From positions 137,764,001 to 137,828,000 of the forward strand of contig NC_082712.1 in NCBI RefSeq assembly GCF_030144855.1: DNA of 64,000 nt, read 5' to 3'. Of this stretch, positions 1-12,565 are shown piece by piece. Origin of the DNA: Hypanus sabinus (lineage: Eukaryota). Position 1 is the first letter of the stretch. Every line of letters starts with the position of its first letter. The notes beneath the pieces were generated by a model. The model was not told where the DNA came from and did not search any database. It saw only the letters and a program-made list of their open reading frames with translations. The position numbers and the translations under genes were made by a program.

Positions 1-46
1 TGAAACACTTTGCTTGTATATAAAGATTTTTATATTTTGATTATAG

Positions 47-211
<165 letters not shown>

Positions 212-1498
212 TGAGCCCCTTTAGAAAGTTTACCGTTTGACCTGTGAGCAAGTGCTTAAGCTGGCAGATTCTGAAGAACAGTAATTGCAACACCAATTTG
301 AAAGGAAGAAGTAGAGTCTGGCATGAAGCTATCGAGGAGGCAAACTTAACTTAATTAAGACGAGTGACTGGCAGAAAACCTTTTAAATCTCTTCCCTCAT
401 TGTAAACAGATTAAAGTTAGCGGCTCCTGTCAGAGTGCCAATGCTATCTAGAACTAATGAAATCCATTCTGGATTACTTTATCTGCTGGTGATTTAAAAT
501 ATTAGCTTCTGAGTAATTCATCTGGCCCATTGAGTCTGCTCTGCCATTTCATCAAAGCTAATCCAATTCTCCTCTCAGCCCCAATTTCTTGCCTTCTCCT
601 AGTATCCCATCGTGCCCTGACCAATTAAGCAATGTATTTCTTATTTCTTTCCCTTTGTAACGTCACTGAACCGTTTGGGATTTTCTGATCCTACAGCCTC
701 ATTGTCACCGATGGCAATCATTTTTACACGAGCATTGTTTTAGACATCCTTAAAATATCTTACCAGCTGCAGTTTGTAGAGATACCCTGGACCTACCCAC
801 TCATCCACAAAGTCTCGGAGCTCTTTTTTGTGCCCTTTGCTCTATAAGAATTGGAATGCTTTTAGCAGCAATCCAAAAATATATGTTGAGATGTGTAAAG
901 TTCTTGGCCAGATCCAGCTAGAGGGATGTTGGAGAGTGCTGGCACTTGTGCAGCTGTATGAAATGATGACCCAGCCATGTGAAGACACCAATTAAATGTC
1001 CCACAATTAAGGCTGAATTCCATTCTATCGGTAACAGCCTTAGATTGTCATTCTTTGTCACCTTTGGGCAATTTGCTCCCTATTCCCCCTCATTTATAGA
1101 ATATCTTGATTATTTGTTTGGGCAAAAGGCATAATCAAAATAAACAGTTATTGTCTCATGAAGTTCCAAAAAGCATCAAATAATGATTTCTGTTGTACCT
1201 ACTGGGGAAAGCACTAGTTAATTGCAATAAAACTAACAGAGCATCCTGCTCTGCTTTGCAAAATAGCACATATACACACATCTTCCTACCGCTGTGCTGG
1301 GATCACTTGCACATAGGAGGAACTATCATAATAAATGTCTAAGGTGTAAAAAATACACAAATTATTGAGATTTTTAGGTAGTATTGCAGTACCTTTATTA
1401 GGAAAAAATTTCTTCTCACTTGTAAAAATACCTCAGCTGCCAACTTTGAACTTGCACCGTATTGAAATAATGTTGAATGTCTGTTCTTTTTCTTTTAG

Positions 1499-1681
1499 TT
1501 GGTGTACAGTGGATACAGTAAAGAATCACTCAAACAGAGGGAGTTGCAGCTGAGTGTGTTGAGTGCTGAGTCATTACGAGAAAACGTTTACCTTGGTGGC
1601 ATTACATTAACTCTGAAGGAATTTGACTTAAGCAAGGAAACCATTAACTGGTACAAATTGACTGCTGCATCCAGTGGGTAA
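1499..1681 (+). CDS. PIK3C2A: PIK3C2A last coding exon
   Basis: Polypyrimidine tract and tttag|1499. [60 protein letters not shown], in phase 0 with the previous exon; matches the PI3K-C2alpha C-terminus. Confidence 0.96.
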   Translation: MVYSGYSKESLKQRELQLSVLSAESLRENVYLGGITLTLKEFDLSKETINWYKLTAASSG

Positions 1682-4500
1682 CTCCCTACCACATCTTGCA
1701 CAAAGTATGTGAAAAGTGGAACAATTTGCAAAGAGAAACTCAACCAGACTCCTGCAATTTACTTGAAAGAAGACTTTAACTGTGGACAAACAGCAATTCC
1801 AGCTGATGCACATTGCCAATGGACCAATCAGTTTGATGAATTCACAAAGAGTTGCATGCACTTAATGTCACCTTCATTCTATATCTTCTCTTAATTTCTC
1901 TGATTAAAGAATGGTGGGAAATCAAGTGTGCCAAAAGAAACTGTTGAAGAACTTCACTATTTGCAGCGCAAAACCATGCCTTTCTTTATTATGCCTCCAA
2001 ACTGTCAATTAAATTCAAGGTGCTAAATTCACTGGCTAACTCAGACATATTATATTTCCCAGGGAGCGGCACAAGAAAGATCAGGCACAAGGCGATTAAT
2101 TGCCCCAACTTCAATGGGCTGCTTTTAAAGGAACTAAATAAAAAGATACAAGTTTTACTGCCTCAAGGATTGTCTGTAAAAATACAGATGGAATATATGC
2201 TCTATGCAGGAGATCTTTAATCTGTGGTATGTGACCTCTTTTCTATGATTAATGCCATTGGAGAAGATCCAGGACTAATCACCCCACAGGCAGACATAAT
2301 AAATAAAGAAAATGAGTGCATCGAAAGGCTTGCTCAAGCATTAAGTCTCTCAGATGTGGTCATTAAATAACAATTGTGTAAAAGGTGAAGCTGCAGTGAA
2401 GCTGAACAGTGAATGCCAAAGTATAAGGAGGAAATTATGAATTTACTTGTAGATCCATTACTATTCTACTTGGGTCCAAAATCTGAGTTAAGAGAATTTG
2501 TGAGTTTGCAGTCACATAAATAAGTATTGCTAATAGCAAAATTCAAGAGATTTCAACTACTAGATGATATGTTGATTTCTTGGATGTATCTTCTCTATTG
2601 CTTTACTGTTACAGTACTAAACTTGCATGCATAAAAATAAGTTGTAAAATTGAAAAGGCACATCAAATATGCAAGTGGGTTTCACCTGTGGTTATATATT
2701 TTTTGTTGCTGTAATTCTTGCACAAAAAAGCAGCATGAGTAGCAATTTTATAAGGTGTAGCTTACTTTCTAACACACCTCAGTTGCCAGAGAAAAAAGGA
2801 TTCCTAAAGGATGACAAGCCACTTAAGGAAGTGCAATGGAAATGATAACGGAAAATACTTTTCTGAGAAGTGCGTATATGTTTCCAAGATTTGGTGAAAA
2901 GTACAAAAAAATTTGGAGAAGGTGTGCTAACACCTTCGACTACACCTTTTCTTTAAGCGTTTGCCCTTTGGCTATGACATGCACATGATACTCAGTTTAT
3001 GTACCACTGGTTTGTCTTCCAAGGCAATATTTTTGCTATTACCTTGTGTGCAAGATTTGGCATTTAACTATGGAAATGTGGAATTGTTCAAGGCAATAAA
3101 ATGGAAAGTTGTTGTATTTCCTTAATTCACCTCATCTTCTCTCACAGCAGTCAAAACTGACAACTTGACATTTGCCCCAGCCAGTAAATAATTCTGCAGA
3201 AGCCCACAGTTGCTGCAGACTTCCAGTTGCCTCGGCAACCATGGGTACCTCTGAATGATGGATTTGCACAAACTGACCAAGTAGTATTTTGTCTCTAGAA
3301 TGTCTTGCCGACGGTGTTTTTTGACTGAATCAAGAGCAGAATAATTTAGTTAAATGCTTCAGCTGTTCTAATCTTAAGAGGCTTACAGCTCTTTTGATGA
3401 TTTCCCCCCCCCCATCCAACTATTGATTAGATTGCACCAGATAAATGTCATGTGTCTTTTGCCTATTTATTTAATAGGTTGCCCCTAATGAACCAAATTC
3501 AGAGCTGAAATGTAGCAAATTTCAGTTTCAAATATGTTAACATCACCTTGGGTTTTCAAGTTTTTTTTTAATTATTGCATATATTTCACTGAAAATACAC
3601 TACTTTCAACTTCAAGAGAGCACAGATTACAAATACAAGTTTTGATTGATCTTCTGGTAAGATTCAGACAAAAATATTAGCCCTGAACAGGAGAAACAAA
3701 TGGTGTATCATTTCTATGTTGCACCTTTTTTCTTAGAAGGATATCATTTTTGTGCCTTGCTCAACCTTTGTAGCTAAGTGCATGCACATTAATTACTTTT
3801 GTATGTTGAAAATTAAATTCAGCTGCTTACGTCTATTTTAATGTAAATAAATCTGTCCATGACATTTTAAAATTCTAAATCTTCACCCTTAATGAAGATG
3901 AATAAATAACCATTAAAATTAATAGCTGACTATTAATTATTTCCCAAGTTGATGATAGTTTCATTTGGGTGGTATCAACAGAACCTCCTTCACAGTAGCT
4001 GAATGGGGAAGCGAAAGCATTAATTTTCACTACAGTAGGTTAAATTTAGGACTCTTTGAGAAAAGCTAAATTTAAGCACTAAATGGTAATAAATTGTGTT
4101 TATTTATCATGTAGTATCACTGAATGGTTGCAGAGATTCTTATAAATCTTTGCAAAGAAATTATCAAACGGGAGAAAGTGAAATTCTGCCTATGACTTTA
4201 GGGGCAGGAGGTCCACTGATTTGGTAATTTGATATTTCATTTTGCTACTGTTGGATGCTACGCTGTATTAATTGCAACTGTAGCTAAACAAAAATCATGG
4301 GGTGCAAAATTGTTGCCTTGACTGATCTGCATCACCATTAGATCTAAGAACCAAGTGTATGTTTTGATCAGGTTTTTTTTCTTTGGGTAAAGATGTACAG
4401 TATTTCTATCCAAATCCTGTCTGCATCCAAGTGGACAAAATGTGACTCCATAACTGTTAAATATATAACTTGTTTTTAATAAAGTCATTTTCAAAATCAC
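1682..4500 (+). other. PIK3C2A: Probable PIK3C2A 3' UTR
   Basis: AT-rich tract with no recognisable TE after the stop codon. AATAAA at 4478-4483 is followed by a U/GU-rich stretch; earlier AATAAA motifs exist, so the end is uncertain. Confidence 0.5.
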
Positions 4501-5479
4501 ATTGTTTTATATTTTCTGACTGTTTTGCAGTGCAGTTGGTTCCATCCTAAAAAACAACTTACAAATAAATGTTAATTGAGTGGATAACCAAAAGCCAGTG
4601 TTTCAAAGAAATTGGTCTGTGTGAAATGATCCTTAAAATAATCTGGTGGAGCTGCATAACTGACTGAAAATGGAGGCAAGTTCTGTTGGAACATTTTAAA
4701 AGTTTCAGGACAAGCATTTCAACATGCAAGGCCCAGTAAATTGGACTAGTACAGCTATATGGTGGGCTGAAGGGCCTATTTCTGTCCTGCATAACTAATG
4801 ATGTTTAGATGGAGAGGTGGGACATCCATATTCAAAAGAGGAAGTGGTGGAAGTCAAAAGGAAAACTGAGATCAGGTTATTCAACTTTCCAGCAGTGCCC
4901 ACATCCTGTAACTGAACAAAACAATACAGAATGTTTTCATTAGCCAAAATTAACATTTCCTTAAATTCTGCTGATGCTCTTGGCACTTGCTCTCCCATTT
5001 CCTTCCTTTCCAGAATCTAGCGTCATCTCATTTAGCAGCAAGCAGCTTTGTAATTTCCACACATCTATACGTAATGATATTCAGACTCCCCTTCATCTTT
5101 TTTGTAATTCAACAAACTCACGTCTGCACACTCCTTGCTATCTCAGTTGCAACCATAACACTTATTTCCAATTTCCACCATTATATTTCCCATAACCACT
5201 ACAAAATACAGTGGGCATTTTCTGCTGCTTCTCCACGACTGGCTCACTCCTAAGTTATGTGCAGCTCTGACTGTAGTTACTCTCATTCAATCCAGTTCTG
5301 CTCTTGTGCCATTTATTCATTTGCCATTCAATACATTGAAACAAGTAGATACAAGGGTTTGTTCTGCCTCCTTAAAGGCAAATGCAAAGGATGGAGACAC
5401 CACTGAACTTTTAGTTTGCTTTCTGTTCCATCAATTGGTCTTTAGGCTGCATTTAAGAAATCTAAAGTCTATGATTCAG

Positions 5480-6640
5480 TATTAAAATTGAGCTTGAACT
5501 CCAGATTAATTCAGCAGAGAAAGTAAATGATAATGGTTGAAGGGAGTTTTAACGACAGGAGGCTCAAGACTCAACGCTAAGTCACTATTTCATGGTTTAT
5601 ATAAAATGAGGGACAATAAGTGAGAAGTTGGGCATTGATACCAAAAGAGCAATGTGGATGACACTGAAGGAAAGGAGTTCTATACTGCTGGAAGGTATTA
5701 ATTGACTGATTAGATGGATACAAAAGTGGCAGTAGAATTAAATCTGAAGTGTGAAATACTGTATCTAGGGTAGGCAAATAAAATGTATAATAAATGGTAG
5801 GATGTTATGAGGTGATGAGGGAACTTTGATACTGGAGGAAATTTTTGGAGGAAGTTGGTGAGTGAAGCAGCTTCTGTGGAGGTGATGGGATAGTCAATAA
5901 TTCAGGCTGAAACCCTGTTTCAGGACTGGGATGTTCAAGTCTACGTCCACAGGACCCTGAAAGTGCTGGGATGTAAAATATGATGTGGATGTGTGTATAT
6001 TTTGGACAAGATGTAGAACATAGAAATCATGCATGATTGTACAAAGCACAAGTTGGGCCACAGCTCAGGAATGGTGTAGAGTTCTGGTCACTAGATACCA
6101 GCAGGGCTGTAAGCACTGGACAGGATATGGACCACAGACATGACATATGCTGGAAATCCAAGCAACGGACACAAACTGCCAAAGGGACTTAGCAGGCCAG
6201 GTAGCATCTGTGGAAAAGGTCTCAACCTGCAATGTTGACTGTTTACTCTTCTTCTTAGACACTGCCTCTCCTGCTGAGTTCCTCCAGCATTTTGTGTGTT
6301 TTGCAAAGGGTATATGGAGATGCCTGAACAATGCCGCCTGCATTGTACAGGTTGTTCAGACTGGGGTTGCGTATACAATTGAGACAGGAATAATTCGTCT
6401 TGCAGTGAAGGTCAAAGGGGCATGCATTTAATTGCAAGAAGCATTGGACAGATACATGAAAAAAATTCTCATTCAGCAAGCTGTGGGGATCTAAACCTCA
6501 CTGCAGAAACACTCAATACTTGAGTGATAAGTACAAGGTTAGGGATCAAGAGATGAGAGTTTAGATTAAATTAATGTTCCCGTTCACTTGGTATTAACAT
6601 GGTGAACCAAATGGGGTCCTTGTATGCTGTAAATGTCTTT
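5480..6640 (+). mobile_element. Highly decayed CR1-type LINE 3' portion, interrupted by a Penelope-tail short repeat (~6140-6305)
   Basis: Degenerate RT C-terminal and 3' UTR-like sequence (e.g. ggtgtagagttctggtcac, gcattggacagatacatg); no open frame. Confidence 0.5.
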
Positions 6641-9499
6641 GATTGTGGCTACATACTGACTAAGGAGAAGGCCGCCGCAGAAAGTATCTGTCACAATGTA
6701 TTCTCCGAAATTGTGCCCTGTCCTCGGAACTGAGAGGTGTGCAGGTAGAAAGTCAGAGAACTCTGATAACAAATCAATTTGCCCAATCTGCTGCAACCTT
6801 TGTGATAAATGAGAAGGGATGATAATCACGTAGCCCAGCATTTTAATATAATCTTACACTCTCCGAGGCTCTGAAACAGTTGAAGAATGCTACGCCTGAA
6901 TGTATCAGCAATGTCAACCTGAGAAAAGAAATCTGAAATTGCTTGAAGTGCATTAATGTTGTTAATTAGAGTCAAGCAATGTACAGGATTGTGCAAAGAT
7001 TTCCACTAAAGCAATGATTATGAGAGATTACGTAATGAGGCTGGTTAATATAGTTGAGCAACGGCTGTCAAGTTAACTGAAGACTTCTGAAAAAGCATAC
7101 AAAATGACCAGGTGCAAGGGCATAACTATGTAATCCTTCTGGGAAGTTAAAGATGCGTCACAGATATAGTACAGAAACACGCCCTTCAGCAAACTAATGA
7201 TCAACTACCCATTAAGATTAATCCACATTAATTCCATTTATTATTCACATCAACTCCCAGGAAATTCCACCATTCATCTACACATTAGGGGCAATTTACA
7301 ATGGCTAATTAACATACATATTCCGGGTGTGGGAGGAAACTGCAGTACCAGAGGACACCCACAAGGTTATGGGGGGGGGGGGGCGGGGGAGTTTGCTTGA
7401 GGACAGCAGTTCCTAAGATGCTGCCCATCAATTATACTTTGTACACTAGCAATATTCATATAACAATATAAGGAGAGCTTGCCTGGTTAAAGCGGGATGT
7501 TTCGATACCAAGTCAGAAATATTTAAAAAAATAAAAGCCCTTGCTAACTTGACACTTGACTTCAGAAAAATAACTGCTCAATTTCTTATAGAGATGTGAA
7601 ACTACTGCATTTTCCTCAAGCTCTTTCCAGTCTGAGACCACTCTAATCCTGCTTCTACCATTGTTTTGTCTCTGGCAGTTGCATTTGTCAATGAACAAAA
7701 ACTTCGAAAGCTCCTTGACTGAACCTAGTAGATTAGTTTATCAATGGACAAAAATAGAATAAAATTCAAGAGATTTTGAGATGGGATGGGAGCTTGGTGC
7801 CAATTCAGTCAATCAAGAACCAGACACAAAATGCCAATTGCGCTCTCTTGTGGGTGTAGTGAGCATAGTTACAGAAACCAGAGACTGGGCACTGCAGCAA
7901 GCAATAGCGAGCGAGCGGGAGAAATGAAATGGAGACACAGAAATGAAGGCCACAAACATAATAGACCGATGTTGTGGTAATGATGAAGAGAGTGGCTGAA
8001 TGTCAACGCTGGTGAGAATTTAGAGTGTGATGCTCTGTGACTGGTTATAGTGATAATGATGGGCCTGAGAGGAGAAAGTATGTAGTAAAGAGGATAAGCC
8101 AGGTTCAACTACATGGAAGAGTTGAATGAAACATAATTGTGCTGTGCTTTACTACATGAGAAATCAAACACTTGTTTAAAGCAGAGTCCAGGGCGAGTCT
8201 GCAGTCATGGATTGGGCACGTTGTACCGCAGTTTCACTGCAAAGCAGCATGGGACTTAGCACCAGCACTTCAGCTACTCCATTCCTTGTTGATTGACTCA
8301 TCTTCTCACAGATCATTCTGTGAGGAGACTCTCGGTTCAGACACACCATCGACACCAATGACAGAAGTTCACACCTCGAGATCTCACTCCTGCATTTCAG
8401 CAGCAAGATAACATGTACCCCTCTGTACACAGTGTTTAAGGTGTTGCTTCTTTTACCTTCAAAGTGGAAGCTGCTACTTCGTTTCATTAAGTAATTCAAC
8501 ATGAGTTACTCAACCACTGTATGTAGTGCAATGCTGGAAGATTATTAGATCAAATGCTGGATCTATGTACCTGTCCAAATGTCTTATAAATGTCAAAAAT
8601 AGAATTGATATGCAGATAGGAAAGATTTGGAAGATTATGGCTCAAATGCTGTTAAGTTTGACTATCACAGACTATCACGTTGGCATGGATCTGCTACACC
8701 GAAGGGCGTATTTTCTCGCTGTGTGACTCTGTTACTTATAATTTTAGTCTTAGTTAAGATCATCAATTCATTCTGAATAAATTCATATTTTTTTCTTGAG
8801 CTGTATGATTCAGCCACAGCAGTCTTCAACTCAACTTCCAATGCTTTTGAAGCAGTAACTTGCATTTCAATGTCAAAATCTGCTCCTGTCATTAAGAGTT
8901 AGCAGTGAAATGATAGATTTATCATTGCAATTGTCTGCCTTTCTTTGATTTGGTTCCTAACAATAAACTGGGCAAGGCATCGCTACTGAGAATAGTGTGT
9001 TTCTTTTCCTTAGTATTAGCAGCACAATATGGAACCTATAGGGCTGATGTTACTTTAATGCACCTCAGAAGCCTATTCATGCAGTGGAAATTAAAATGGA
9101 AATGGTGCTATGCTGTTTAGGTAGTTGACTCTTACACCTGTTGTCTGAAATAGCCTGAACCTGAACAGGTTAGTTAAAATTATACACGGCTCACAGAACT
9201 ACCCTGCAAGTTTCTTAAGACTGAGAACATGCTGCAAACAAAATAAATTCAAATTCTACAAGCAACATCATATTTGATATTACAAGGAATTTACAAAGAT
9301 TATGTGGTGGAAAATACAATAAATATACTACGGCTTTCGGATCTGGAGATGATATTGCTCAGAAGTTTCTTTGGAACTCAAGAATGAGGCAAAAATCTTG
9401 TGGTTGCAGCTGTTTTATTAGATGTTCATAGTAAAATAATAACAGTAAACCAGCAGCAGGTAACTAACTGTAACCGACTGACTCTACTGTACATAAGAC

Positions 9500-10209
9500 A
9501 AAAGAGCTGGTTGCGGAGCAGCAATGGTAAGATGACGGAACACGAACCCATCCCCATTCCAAGGTCAAAAGTGGAGAGAGTGCAGTTTCAAGTTCCTGGG
9601 TATCGAGATTTCTGAGGATCTAACCTGGTCCCAACATATCAATGCAGCTATAAAAAGGTCAAGACTGCAGCTATATTTCATTAGGAGTTTCAGGAGATTT
9701 GATCTGTCAACTAAAAGACTCAAGGATTTCTATAGATGTACCGTGGAGAACATTCTGACAGGCTGCATCACTGTCTACTATGGGGAGTGGGGGGCTACTA
9801 CATTGGACTGAAAGAAGCTACAGAAAGTTATAAAATTAGTCAGCTTCACCTTAGGTATCAGCCTCCGTAATATCCAAGCAGCGCCTCAAAAAGGCGACAT
9901 GTATTATTACCCAGGGTATGCCCTCTTCTCATTGTTACCGTCAGGAAAGAGGTACAGAAGCTTGAAGGCGCACACTTGGCAATTCAGGAACAGCTTCTTC
10001 CTCTCTGCCATCTGTTTCTAAATGGACACTGAACCCATGTTCATCAGCTTTCTTTCATAGATATTATTTCTGTTTTCCACTATTTTAATCTATTCAATAA
10101 TACATATACTTACTGTAATTCATTAACTTTTTTCTATATTATGTATTAAACTGCTGCTGTTAACAAACTTCACGACACATGCTGTTGATAATAAACCTGA
10201 TTCTGATTC
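9500..10209 (+). mobile_element. Rex1/Babar-type LINE 3' fragment
   Basis: Decayed RT C-terminal region similar to the 59.3-60.4 kb copy; ends in aataaacctgattctgattc tail. Confidence 0.65.
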
Positions 10210-11109
10210 ATTCTACTGTAATGAAAGTATAGAAAGGGAGAACAAAGAACCTTGCCTGTAGTCGATCTATATATTGAAATTTTACTCAAACTGGATAGCT
10301 AAGAGAAGTCTTTAAATAAGAGACAACAGGAGTGATTTATGATATCATGAGCCCTGGGCTTGCTGACAACGAAACAAAAAATACAGACCAGCTGCTCTAC
10401 AAATTGCTGAAAATCCACTGAACATTTACAAACAAACAGGTGATTACACAAACATATAAGCAAGCATAAGGAAAGTTGCAAAACAAAAAAAAACTTTAAA
10501 CCTGAATCCAGCAGAACTAAGAATTTCAGTAATCTTACCAATATTCCCCAACTGTGGCATCTCCTCCTAAAAGTACTTTTATATTGAGGTGTTAAGTTTT
10601 TTGTGACTGCTTAGTTCAATCTGTTTCAAGACCCATACTAGTTGCTCTGATAAGACAGAACATCATACCCAAATAATATAGTAATGTAATTGCTCCATTA
10701 ACTGCTCGACTGCCATTTTACCATTATTCCAATATGCCATTAATAAACCCTACCACCCAAATCTCACATATGGGAATGGAGTGGGGAAAAGTTCCTGACA
10801 CATAGGACAAGCTAGTGGTTGTCTGTCGTATCTGACGATAACAGTTAGATTACTGCAGTTCTTCCATTGTGCATTTGAAGATGGTCGCCGAGTCCAAGTT
10901 GTGAGCAACATGGACATCCACAATAAGGAAACAGGAACGGTCATTGATCTGTTCAGAAAGCCACTGAAACAGCAAGAAGAAACCTGTTTGGGAGAGTTTT
11001 TAAAGTGGAAAAGCCTTTGCACTGAGGCAATTCCACTCACCCATCCTCATAAGTTTGTGTGCATTGGTATAAGAGGTCATCACAACTGGGGTCTTCCTTG
11101 GCTGCAGGG

Positions 11110-12048
11110 TGTTTTGTACCCCGTAACTGGGTGTCTGACCAGCAGAGAAAGAAGAATCCGTTGGAGTCTGGTGGTACCAAACTAAAGGTGTTTATTAGTA
11201 AACTACACAATACAATATCAAAAATGCAAATATATATATAAAACAAGTTAGCAGTAATAAACCTAAAAGTGTAGGAATAATAATAATCAATAATAAACAA
11301 GCTCTATCGATGTCTAGGGGAAAATGAATTGTCATAGGAAAGTATAGAGTTCAGTTCATAAATGCTGAGGTTATGGTTGTTGTATTGAAATCGTTGGAGA
11401 GAGAGAGAGAGAGCCAGCGAGATGTAACAGCAACAGCTGCAGCAGGCAAACCTTTTGTGGCTTTCTTAATCCATCGTGTTATTGCGGCCATTCAGTTATG
11501 ACCCCTCTGTTCTTCAGCTAGACCATTCTTCTGTGGTGGACTCATCACTCTGGCATGAGTGGACACACACACAAGTCCCCACCAGCCCTGCTGTAACACT
11601 GTGAGCTTTACTGACCAATCTCCTGGTTCGGTCTCCGAAGCCCCCACCTTTCTGTGGGTTCCCAACACTCAGTCAGTGTCCACTGGTGTGTCTGAAGGGT
11701 GTCTCTCCAGACCTGTCTTTTATCCCCACTCACGGGGTCTCAGCTATACATCAACTCTGAATGACCCAGTCCATCAAATCAGGCCACTCCTGCTGTCTCC
11801 TGAGGAATGTTAATGAGCAAAGTAAAATCCTTGTAGTGGAAGGTAATTAATCCAGGAAGAGTTAAAATACAGTAAATCAACAGTCTCTCTCCCCTCTCTT
11901 ATCTGTAGCAGATGTTCTTGCCTGGGCTTTATCTCTCTCTCTCATGAGCAGCATAGCAACAGCAATAGTTCGTAGTCCTCAGGAGGGGGGTTGGGAATGG
12001 TTGACTCTGCACCCCATTGTCCATCAGGTCTGTTCATCACTCATAACA
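11110..12048 (-). mobile_element. Solo LTR (939 bp)
   Basis: Termini TGTTTTG...CATAACA (TG..CA, imperfect inverted repeat); 4-bp TSD AGGG at 11106-11109 and 12049-12052; TTTATT (minus-strand AATAAA) near the left end; no coding sequence. Confidence 0.8.
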
Positions 12049-12565
12049 AGGGGCTAACCATGACTTTTTCAGTGCCTTTATTTCCATGATGTTTCATGCC
12101 CTTCACTCTCTACGCAATGTTGAAGAACTGCCTTCCTGGCTGTTGCATATCACTATTGCTTTCATTGTCCAGTCCATTGGAGATGACATTACATGCAAGG
12201 ACAGGCATGTCCATTTCTCAGCAGCGGATAAGTCCCGCTAGCAACCCTCTGCCAAAGTGGTGTACCAGGGTGTGGCAAGTGTACTTGCAGCTACAGGGAA
12301 GAGCTGCTTGTCTGGTGGGGATCAAAGGAGAGTGATCTACTCCAGAAAAGACACAACAAGGCCCTTCAGCAGAAGTGATACACCTCATACAGTGTTTCTG
12401 TTGTAATAGTCCCAGCACAGGGAAGTCAAATACCCATTTTTTTTTCATTCAAAAGGTTGATCATATGGGAAATTGCAGTTACTGATATGGAACAGTTCCA
12501 CAGATCCTTGTCCAATCAAACCAATATGCAAGGACAGGTGGCTCTTCATAAACAGAGATGCATAT

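Noticed and set aside
7786-8892. Short ORFs with coding-like composition (8172-8411, 8665-8892)
   Set aside because: No recognisable domain or consistent splice structure; possibly an ancient TE remnant.
10750-12450. Minus-strand exon-like sequence split by the solo LTR (EDPSCDDLLYQCTQTYEDG|gtgagt)
   Set aside because: Stops in adjoining frames and no identifiable homology, so it cannot be supported.
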